Below are positions 1 through 8,448 of a DNA stretch of 64,000 nucleotides, one piece after another (position 1 is the stretch's first letter; each line of letters begins with the position of its first letter). This DNA comes from an uncultured Roseovarius sp. (GTDB taxonomy: Bacteria; Pseudomonadota; Alphaproteobacteria; Rhodobacterales; Rhodobacteraceae): the NCBI GenBank assembly GCA_947497295.1, contig CANMFU010000004.1:25916-89915 (forward strand), in the 5' to 3' direction. The translations under genes and the position numbers were made by a program. The notes under the pieces were generated by a model. It was not told the DNA's origin. It saw only the letters and a list, made by a program, of their open reading frames with translations, and ran no database searches.

Positions 1-2
1 CT

Positions 3-881
3 GTCGGAGCCATGGCACGTCTCAACATCATCGACACGATTTATCCCAATGGCGTGGCGGAAGAGCCGATCGAGTACGAAAAACGGCCCGACTGGATCCG
101 CAATTGGGAAGTCACCGGCCTCATCACCTATGAGGATAAGAACGGCGACGGACAAATCGAGTTCTATGATGACACCGAGGAAGCCTTTGCCGAAGAGGCC
201 GCAGCACGCGGTTGGAAGGGCAGCGAGCTGACGGTCAACCGTGACATTCTGGTTCTGGCCAACCCCGAGATCGCGCAACTGCCCAGCTGGGTGATCGCGC
301 TGATTGCGGCGGGCGGTCTGGCGGCGGCGCTGTCAACGGCGGCGGGTCTGCTGCTGGCCATCTCGTCGGCGATCAGTCACGATCTGATCAAGGCGACGAT
401 CAATCCGGGTATCTCTGAAAAGGGTGAACTGCTATCGGCCCGGATTTCCATGGGCGTTGCGATCGCGGTTGCGACCTATCTCGGCCTCAATCCTCCGGGC
501 TTTGCGGCGCAGACGGTGGCGCTCGCCTTTGGTATTGCGGCTGCGTCGATCTTTCCTGCGCTGATGATGGGTATCTTCTCCAAATCCATCAACGACAAGG
601 GTGCGGTCGCGGGGATGCTGACCGGTCTGATCTTCACTCTGGTCTATATCTTCATGCACAAGGGCTGGTTCTTTATCCCCGACACCAACCAGTTCCCGGA
701 TACGATTTCCGGCTCGCTGTTTGGAATCCAGTCCACGGCGATCGGTGCTGTGGGTGCTGTGCTGAACTTCCTCGTGGCCTGGCTTGTGTCGCGCAGCACT
801 GCACCGACACCCCAGCATATCCGGGATCTGGTCGAAAGCGTTCGCGTTCCGCGCGGCGCCGGTGCAGCCACCGACCATTGA
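3..881 (+). CDS. Sodium:solute symporter (ActP-like acetate/cation symporter family), C-terminal part; 5' end lies outside the window
   Basis: The frame is open from the window edge. SSS motifs include LIAAGGLAAALSTAAGLLLAISSAISHD and AFGIAAASIFPALMMGIF, with many TM helices. The C-terminus VESVRVPRGAG is typical of the family. Confidence 0.9.
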   Translation, partial: VGAMARLNIIDTIYPNGVAEEPIEYEKRPDWIRNWEVTGLITYEDKNGDGQIEFYDDTEEAFAEEAAARGWKGSELTVNRDILVLANPEIAQLPSWVIALIAAGGLAAALSTAAGLLLAISSAISHDLIKATINPGISEKGELLSARISMGVAIAVATYLGLNPPGFAAQTVALAFGIAAASIFPALMMGIFSKSINDKGAVAGMLTGLIFTLVYIFMHKGWFFIPDTNQFPDTISGSLFGIQSTAIGAVGAVLNFLVAWLVSRSTAPTPQHIRDLVESVRVPRGAGAATDH

Positions 882-888
882 CCCTGGC

Positions 889-955
889 GTCGGGCATCCC
901 CGGTGGTGCCCGACCCGAATATGCCACCTCCCTGTCCGCCTTTCGGCGGACAGGG
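889..955. terminator. Two GC-rich hairpins after the symporter (intercistronic stem-loops or terminator)
   Basis: GTCGGGCA...TGCCCGAC at 889-914 and CCCTGTCCGCC-TTTC-GGCGGACAGGG at 930-955. There is no strong U-tract. Confidence 0.5.
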
Positions 956-978
956 CACTTTCATAAGGGCCGCCAATC

Positions 979-2784
979 GTGAGTATCGCAGATTTTCTTG
1001 CCGGCGTTCATCCCTGGACCCGGCTATCGATGACGGATCTAAGCGCAGTGTCTGCAGTGATCGAACCGCACAGCATTGCTGCGGGCGCTGCAATCTACCA
1101 CGCCGGTGAGCCGCTTCAGGGACTTTACATCATTCGCTCGGGCGAGGTCGAAGTGACCGATGCGGATGGCGCCCCGCTGTCATCGCTGGGGCCTCGCAAC
1201 GTCTTTGGCGAACGCGGGCTGATGCGCGATGGAACCGCCCTGACCAATGCCCGCGCTGTCACCGCAACCGACGTGCTGGTGCTGCCTGCGGTATATTTTC
1301 GCGCCATGATCGACGACGACGCAGCCCTGCGTGACTTTTTCGCCAGATCGCGGCCGCCGCGCGCGCTTCAGCGCAGTCTGACCCAGACGCCGGTCGCCGA
1401 CTTGATGTCCAGGACTCCGAAATCGGTCAGCCCGGACACGACACTGGCCGAAGCCGCGATGATGATGCGCGATGCCCGGATATCGTCACTCATGGTGGTC
1501 GAGGATGGCGCGCTATGCGGTATTCTGACGATCCGCGATATTTCCGCCCGTGTGGTGGCCGAGCGGCTGGACCCGGGCGCGCCTGTCAGCCGGGTCATGA
1601 CCGTCGATCCCGTCACCCTGTCCCCCGATGCCATCGGCTCGGACGTGCTGCATCTGATGATGGAGCGTGGCATCGGCCATATTCCCATCGTCGGCGACGC
1701 CGGGCTGGCCGGGGTCATCACCCAGACCGACCTCACAAGGTTTCAGGCCGAAAGCTCGTCCGAGATCATCAGGGATGCCGCCCGTGCGCCGGATGCGGAC
1801 GCGCTGGCCGATATCACCCGGCGGATCCCGAAACTGCTGGCGCAGCTGGTGGGCGCCGGGCAGCGGCACGACGTGGCCACGCGCCTTGTGACCGACATTG
1901 CCGATGCCGTGACCCGCCGCCTGCTGGCCTTGGGCGAAGCGCATCTGGGCCCGGCGCCGGTTCCCTATCTGTGGCTTGCCTGTGGCAGTCAGGGCCGCCG
2001 TGAACAGACCGGCGTGTCGGATCAGGACAATGTCCTGATGCTGTCGGACGACGCCACCGCAGACCACGACACCTATTTCGGGAACCTCGCCCGTTTCGTT
2101 TCGGATGGGCTGGACCATTGCGGCTATGTCTTCTGTCCCGGCGACATGATGGCCACCAATCCGCGCTGGCGCCAGCCGGTCCGCGTCTGGCGCAGGTACT
2201 TCCAGGGCTGGATCGCGCGCCCCGACAAGGAGGCGCAGATGCTGGCCTCGGTCATGTTCGATTTGCGGCCCATCGGCGGCGACCACAGCCTTTATGCAGG
2301 ATTGCAAGCCGAAACGCTTGCGGCGGCGGCGCGAAACTCGATCTTCGTGGCGCATATGGTGGCCAATTCGCTGACCCATTCACCCCCTCTCAGCCTTTGG
2401 CGGGGGCTGTCCACCGTGCGTTCAGGCGAACACCGCGACCGCATCGACCTGAAGCTGAACGGCGTCGTCCCGATCGTCGATCTGGGGCGCATCTACGCCC
2501 TGCGCGGGCAATTGACGGCGGTAAACACAAGGGCGCGGATCGAGGCAGCGCAGACGGCGGGGATCATCTCGGCCAGCGGTGCGCGCGACCTTCTGGATGC
2601 CTATGATCTGATAGCCCAGACCAGACTGGACCATCAGGCAATTCAGGTGCGCGGCGGCGAGGCCCCCGATAACTTCATGGCGCCGGCAACCCTCAGCGAT
2701 TTCGAGCGCAGCCATCTGCGCAATGCCTTCGTGGTCGTGCGAACGATGCAATCGGCGCTGGCACAGGGCCGCGGCCTGCCATAA
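979..2784 (+). CDS. cNMP-binding + CBS pair + DUF294 nucleotidyltransferase-like + DUF294_C protein
   Basis: N-terminal cNMP-binding fold (LYIIRSGEVEV...FGERGL) and tandem CBS domains. Pol-beta-type NTase motif GSQGRREQ...SDQDN. DGLxxCGY..CPGDMMATNPRW and DLKLNG motifs are typical of DUF294. Confidence 0.9.
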   Translation: MSIADFLAGVHPWTRLSMTDLSAVSAVIEPHSIAAGAAIYHAGEPLQGLYIIRSGEVEVTDADGAPLSSLGPRNVFGERGLMRDGTALTNARAVTATDVLVLPAVYFRAMIDDDAALRDFFARSRPPRALQRSLTQTPVADLMSRTPKSVSPDTTLAEAAMMMRDARISSLMVVEDGALCGILTIRDISARVVAERLDPGAPVSRVMTVDPVTLSPDAIGSDVLHLMMERGIGHIPIVGDAGLAGVITQTDLTRFQAESSSEIIRDAARAPDADALADITRRIPKLLAQLVGAGQRHDVATRLVTDIADAVTRRLLALGEAHLGPAPVPYLWLACGSQGRREQTGVSDQDNVLMLSDDATADHDTYFGNLARFVSDGLDHCGYVFCPGDMMATNPRWRQPVRVWRRYFQGWIARPDKEAQMLASVMFDLRPIGGDHSLYAGLQAETLAAAARNSIFVAHMVANSLTHSPPLSLWRGLSTVRSGEHRDRIDLKLNGVVPIVDLGRIYALRGQLTAVNTRARIEAAQTAGIISASGARDLLDAYDLIAQTRLDHQAIQVRGGEAPDNFMAPATLSDFERSHLRNAFVVVRTMQSALAQGRGLP

Positions 2785-2814
2785 CCGCGCGTCGGCGCGC
2801 GCGAAGGAGAAGCG

Positions 2815-3333
2815 ATGTTATTCGAACTCATTGCCGTAATCGTGGCCGGTGTCGCCGGCGGGGGCGTGACGCTGATCGTGCGGCGCATCATCCCTGCCCT
2901 GCCCCGCTGGCTGGTCCCGGTGGTCGCCGGCGCGACGATGCTGGCCGTGTCGATATCGCTGGAATATTCGTGGTTCGCGCGTCATTCCGCCGCGCTGCCC
3001 GACGGCGTCGAGGTGGCGACCGTTCATGAAAACAAAGCGTTCTGGCGTCCTTGGACCTATGCGTTCCCCTATGTTGACCGGTTCATCGCCGTGGCCCAGG
3101 TTGGCGCGTTGCAAAATGAGGCAGCCAAGGATCAGAGGCTGACCAGTCTCTATATCTTTGGCCGCTGGACCCCGACGCAGCGCCTGCGGGCTGTTTTCGA
3201 TTGCGAACTGGGGCGCAGGGCCGATCTGCTGCCCGGCGTCGTTCTGGCCGAGGATGGATCCGTGCCCGAAACGGCATGGATCGACACCGGGCGCGACGAT
3301 CCTGTCACCCGCACCGCCTGCGCGGAGGCATAG
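2815..3333 (+). CDS. Hypothetical membrane-anchored protein
   Basis: RBS GAAGGA before the ATG. Two N-terminal hydrophobic segments are followed by a soluble domain. It is co-oriented and tightly packed, with a 3-bp gap to the next gene. Confidence 0.75.
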   Translation: MLFELIAVIVAGVAGGGVTLIVRRIIPALPRWLVPVVAGATMLAVSISLEYSWFARHSAALPDGVEVATVHENKAFWRPWTYAFPYVDRFIAVAQVGALQNEAAKDQRLTSLYIFGRWTPTQRLRAVFDCELGRRADLLPGVVLAEDGSVPETAWIDTGRDDPVTRTACAEA

Positions 3334-3336
3334 CAC

Positions 3337-4737
3337 GTGCGCAACAACCTTCGCCTTCGCATCCTGCTTTTCTTTGCGCTGATCGGCGCGGGCAATATCG
3401 CGGCCATCGCCGCGGGCGCCCTTCTTGCCTCGCGCCGGGCACCCGATGCGTTGCCGGCCCTGACCGTTGCCGGGCTGGTCGCAGGTTTCGGCACGATCTT
3501 GATCACCGCCCTGATATGGCTGCTGTTCGATGAACACGTGGCCCGCGCGATCAACCGTTTCGCCGCGGCGTTGCGCGCACGGGCCCATGGCGGCGTGACC
3601 ACCGATCTTGACGTCACCTGCGTGAGTCACCTGGGTGATCTGGGCCCTGCCTCGGGGGCGCTCTGCCGGGAGTTGGCCGAAATGCACGCAAGTTTCGAGT
3701 CTCGCGTGAGCAGCGCCACCAGCAAGATGGAGGAGGAAAACGCGCATCTTGCCGCGCTGCTGTCGGAAATTCCCGTCGCCGTCATGCTGGTGGACGAGGC
3801 ACATCGGATCATTCTCTATGACCGTCAATGCGTCCACGCTCTGGGTCAGGTTGCCTCGCTCGGGCTTGGCAGGTCGGTGTTTGACTACCTTGATCGGGAT
3901 GCGCTGAAACGCGCGATGGCCGATCTTGCGGCGGATGCCGGGCGTCACTTCATTGATGTCGACCTTGCGACGGCGGACGGGCAGGACACGGTCAGCACAC
4001 GGCTGCGGCCCGCCTTGCAGGGAGGTGGGTTCATGCTCTCGATGGAGATCGAAGATGACATCATGGCCGAGCGCCCGCTGGTCTTTGACTTTAGCCTGAC
4101 CGACCGGGCGATGGACCAGCACATTGCCCAGACGCCGCTTTCGGCGCTGTCCTATGTGGTGTTCGATACCGAGACCACCGGGCTTGATATCGCGCGCGAT
4201 GAAATCGTTCAGGTCGGCGCGGTCCGGGTGCTGAGCAACCGCATCGTACGGGGTGAAACATGCGACACCTTCGTCAATCCCGGTCGCCCCATCCCCGGAG
4301 ACTCGTCCCGCATCCACGGCATCACCGATGAAATGGTTGATGGTGCGCCAGACCCCGTCACCGCCCTGCGCCAGTTTCATGGCTTTGCACAGGATGCGGT
4401 GCTGGTCGCGCATAATGCGCCCTTTGACCTGGCGTTTCTGAAACGGCACGAGGCCGGGCTTGGCCTTGCCTTCGACCATCCCGTTCTGGACACGGTGCTG
4501 CTCTCGGCGGTCATCTTTGGCGAGGCCGAGACCCACACGCTGGACGCCATTGCGGACCGCCTTGATATTCACATCGACGGATCGGCGCGCCATACCGCGC
4601 TGGGGGATGCGATTGCCACAGCGCAGGTTCTGGTGCGCCTCTTGCCGATGCTGGAGGCCCACGGCATCCACACCTTTGGCGATGCGACCACGGCAATGCG
4701 CCGACATGCGCGGCTATTGCCTGACCTCAATCGATAG
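3337..4737 (+). CDS. TM-HAMP-like-PAS-like protein with C-terminal DEDDh 3'-5' exonuclease (DnaQ-like) domain
   Basis: Two TM helices, a helical linker and a PAS-like segment (LLSEIPVAVMLVD). ExoI is VVFDTETTG, ExoII is LVAHNAPFD and ExoIII is HTALGDA. Confidence 0.88.
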   Translation: MRNNLRLRILLFFALIGAGNIAAIAAGALLASRRAPDALPALTVAGLVAGFGTILITALIWLLFDEHVARAINRFAAALRARAHGGVTTDLDVTCVSHLGDLGPASGALCRELAEMHASFESRVSSATSKMEEENAHLAALLSEIPVAVMLVDEAHRIILYDRQCVHALGQVASLGLGRSVFDYLDRDALKRAMADLAADAGRHFIDVDLATADGQDTVSTRLRPALQGGGFMLSMEIEDDIMAERPLVFDFSLTDRAMDQHIAQTPLSALSYVVFDTETTGLDIARDEIVQVGAVRVLSNRIVRGETCDTFVNPGRPIPGDSSRIHGITDEMVDGAPDPVTALRQFHGFAQDAVLVAHNAPFDLAFLKRHEAGLGLAFDHPVLDTVLLSAVIFGEAETHTLDAIADRLDIHIDGSARHTALGDAIATAQVLVRLLPMLEAHGIHTFGDATTAMRRHARLLPDLNR

Positions 4738-4813
4738 AGTGATCAGCAAACCCCACTAAAGGTGTCTTTAAAAATTGGCCGGACGGGCCTGTCGCTGGTA
4801 GTTAATTGGGTTC

Positions 4814-5136
4814 TGCGATCTTGCCCCCGCTTCATCGGACACTCGGGCGGGTGCAATTTAAGCAGCGATGAACGCGCGTGGTGAGCACATCTTCAGCCCT
4901 GAATGCGGGTGGTTTTCATTGTAATTTTCGAACCATTCGGCAATCAATCCACGAACGTTGACGGCGTCTGGCAGCGGCGTGACGTTCACGTAATCCCGCT
5001 TCAGAGTGTTGACGAACGCCTCTGATATTCTGTTACTCTACCGGCTCTCACCGCGGTCAAGCATGGTTTCAAGCCGAATTGGCGGGCGAAGATGCAGGTG
5101 CCCTTGGCGATGTAGGGTGATCCATTTATCACTTAG
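4814..5136 (-). mobile_element. IS3-family (IS2-group-like) transposase C-terminal remnant with right end
   Basis: Frameshifted minus-strand translation reads SD/NGSPYIAK..FARQFGLKPC / SEAFVNTLKRDYV...WFENYNENHPHSGLKM. An IS3-type terminus (GCCCCC...CGGACAC) lies at about 4814-4843. Confidence 0.8.
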
Positions 5137-5627
5137 CACTTAACTGTAAGAGTGCGGCGGTCTTTAAAATGACTCGTCTTTAATTACGCGACTCGGTTGG
5201 TTCCAGATCTCAAATCAAATGATTTCTGTTTGGCAAGAATGGTTTCAAGATCGGGGATAACCACGCGGCAAGCAAAGCTCCCAGGCCGACTGGCTATATC
5301 AGGGCGGGCCGCTTGAGGGCTTTGCGATCCGACAAGCGGGTCAAAATCAACTGCTGAAGCCGGGTCAACTTTGAACGCTTATTGATAACTGGAGCCATGG
5401 ATCGGCGCCAAACGACATCGGTACGCGGAAGCGCATCAGCATGGATGGTTCAGGCTGCATGCAGAAACCAACGGCTGCGATTTGCGTTTCATCCGACCTC
5501 AACACTTGGCGTGCAGCGTGTAGCAGGTCGCGTCAGCAGTGCCCGAATGAAGGCAAATCGATTAGAGGTTGACACCAAATACGCCGAGCCAGGAATCACG
5601 CATGGCAAGGTATGACATTGGTATTAA

Positions 5628-5942
5628 GTGAAGGCGCGAGCCTATTTTGTCCGCAAAACCGACGAGGCGGCTGCGCGCTTGCCATGGGTCAACCAAGCGC
5701 CGCCGTTCTGGCTCCTCGAGATGAGTAAGCAATGGCGCAGTTGTTCGCCCGTCGGCCAGATCATTTTGAACCCGCACCTGATCAAGCCCCCGCGCGCTTG
5801 CATCGAATACGTCGTCCTGCACGAGATGGCCCATCTATAATATCATGATTATGGACCGGAGTTTTGGCGACTACTGGACAAATGCCTGCCGCAGTGGCGT
5901 ATTGCCAAGCGAACGCTGGATGATATGGCGAAATTTTGTTGA
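5628..5942 (+). pseudogene. M48/YgjP-like (SprT-type) zinc metallopeptidase fragment
   Basis: Reads IILNPHLIKPPRACIEYVVLHEMAHL*YHDYGPEFWRLLDKCLPQWR. The HExxH motif is followed by an in-frame TAA (5838-5840), and the N-terminal half is missing. Confidence 0.8.
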
Positions 5943-6094
5943 TTAAGTAGCGCCACACTCTTCGGCGCAGAGAACCCGTAATCTGCGCTCGCTCGCCAAG
6001 CATCACGGTTCCATTTGACATCAAGGGAATATCTGGGGGATCAAATTCGCCCCTCACAGTAGGTATTTTTTAAACAATTATTTTCAAAATCAAG

Positions 6095-6178
6095 TGGTGC
6101 GGGTGAAGGGACTCGAACCCCCACGCCAAAGGCGCCAGAACCTAAATCTGGTGCGTCTACCAGTTCCGCCACACCCGC
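6095..6178 (-). tRNA. tRNA-Leu(TAG)
   Basis: The reverse complement folds as a class II tRNA: GCGGGTG acceptor stem, anticodon arm CCAGA-TTTAGGT-TCTGG, TTCGAGT T-loop and encoded CCA. Confidence 0.97.
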
Positions 6179-6354
6179 ACTGCCCCACACGACCATCAGA
6201 CATGCGGTGCCAGCCTGTCCTAGCGCAGCCCGAGTGCCGATGCGAGAGGGAAAATGAACCCTCCCTTACTGTGCTTGCGAAAAATTGCGGCATTCATGGA
6301 ATATTGAGATATTATTACAATAACAATGAGCAGATAAGAACACGGGCATAAGCC

Positions 6355-6853
6355 ATGACGCCGAAAACGACCGGGCACAATCACGGGCAAACCACCCTTG
6401 AGGCCGATTTTAAACCTGCCAGTATGATATCCGGCAGCATCGCTCTTACGCTTGACGGTGAAATACCGGTTTGAGCATCTTTTGTCGGGAGACCGGATCG
6501 TATCCCGCGATAGTGGGTTGGCAGTGCTTGGAGCGGTGCATCGTTAATAGTTGCGCGCACGGACTGTGCGTGCCGTGGCCGGGTTGTTGGGCGATACGCG
6601 GCCAGATCGCGATGTGCTGCTCCCCGAAGATCAGCACATACTGGTTCGGGATTGGCGCGCGCATGCTTTGTTTGGCACATGGCAGGCTACTGTACCCGTT
6701 CAGGCGCTGCTGGGTGGTAAATTTGTCATCTCGGAGGGTCTAGTGACCATGACGCTGCATGAGATTTGCTTTGATGCGCAGCATGTCATCTTTGCTGGTG
6801 GGCTCGAAATCGTCACGGCCGTAACCCGGCGCACGCGCGCCTTGGCCGCCTGA
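6355..6853 (+). pseudogene. Hint (Hedgehog/intein-like, Hint_2) domain protein, disrupted
   Basis: LTLDGEIPV, then a frameshift near 6470, then EHLLSGDRIVSRDSG, tandem TAA TAG stops at 6545-6550, and RPDRDVLLPEDQHILVRDWRAHALFG...HVIFAGGL. These are Rhodobacterales Hint-domain motifs. Confidence 0.75.
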
Positions 6854-6973
6854 GGCTTAGCTACCTGTTCCGGCAAATAACGTGTGGTAAAAGTGCTCAC
6901 TGTCACTAGATGCCGATGAGTTTCGAACGCACGATGAGCCGCAAACCAAGTTTGAAACACTTCGGCAGGTAAA

Positions 6974-7849
6974 TCAGACACCCAGTCCAGCCATAACGGA
7001 CGGCAACGCTTCTGGCAGATCTTCTGCGATCAGGCCTGCACCGACATGTCGCGCGCATGCTGCATGCAGGCAGACTGCAGATTGAGATGCGTCCATTGGC
7101 GCAAGGCCGCGAGCCATTAGTCCGGCTACGAATCCGGCCAACACATCGCCGGATCCGGCGGTCGCCAACCACGGGGCCGCTTCGCGACCTTGCGCTGCGT
7201 GTATGGCGCACCTGCCGTCCGGATCAGCTATTACCGTATCCGCGCCTTTCAGCAGAACTGTGCAACCGGCCCGCTGGGATGCCGCACGAACGACCTCCGC
7301 CCGAGAATAGCTGCCCGCCGGGCACCAGCGTTCTGCCAGATCGGGAAAGAGACGGGCGAATTCACCGGCATGTGGGGTCAGCACGCAGGCTGGGTGCAGA
7401 AGCTTGAACAAGGCCGCGTCACGGCTCAGCGCTGTGAGTGCATCCGCATCCAGCACGGTTGGACGCGCCTGCGCCGCGCTGCCGCCCAGCGCGGATTTGG
7501 TCAGCGCGGCGGCCCTGTCAACGCCCATACCCGGCCCAAAACACAGCGCGTTCACGCGCGCGTCGCACAACACAGCCTCTAACGCGGCAGAATTTGAAAT
7601 GCGCGTCAGCATGATGGCTGTGATGTGCATCGACACCTCCATCTGTGCAGCCGGCGGCACACCCAACGTGACAAGCCCTGCCCCGATCCTTAGCGCCCCG
7701 CGTGCGGCCAATCGCGCCGCCCCGGTCTGCCCAGCGCCGCCCGACAGTACCAACAGATGACCGTGATCGTATTTGTGGGCGTCCGATGACTTTCGCAGCG
7801 CGTCGATACGCTCGGGTGTCATGGTTATTTTGTATGGCATTGCGGACAT
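6974..7849 (-). CDS. nnrD: ADP-dependent NAD(P)H-hydrate dehydratase (YjeF C-terminal domain only)
   Basis: HKYDHGHLLVLSGG, GAGLVTL, VLDADAL, LTPHAGEFARLF and LATAGSGDVLAG motifs. The start codon is uncertain. Confidence 0.88.
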   Translation of the reverse strand: MSAMPYKITMTPERIDALRKSSDAHKYDHGHLLVLSGGAGQTGAARLAARGALRIGAGLVTLGVPPAAQMEVSMHITAIMLTRISNSAALEAVLCDARVNALCFGPGMGVDRAAALTKSALGGSAAQARPTVLDADALTALSRDAALFKLLHPACVLTPHAGEFARLFPDLAERWCPAGSYSRAEVVRAASQRAGCTVLLKGADTVIADPDGRCAIHAAQGREAAPWLATAGSGDVLAGFVAGLMARGLAPMDASQSAVCLHAACARHVGAGLIAEDLPEALPSVMAGLGV

Positions 7850-7930
7850 GCGCGCCTCCAGAGCGAGTGTAATGAAAACAAGTGGACAGCTATCACGCAT
7901 ATTGCGGCGCCACGACCGGGAACACGGATC

Positions 7931-8419
<489 letters not shown>

Positions 8420-8448
8420 CAGACACCAACCCAAGAGGAATTCAGACC

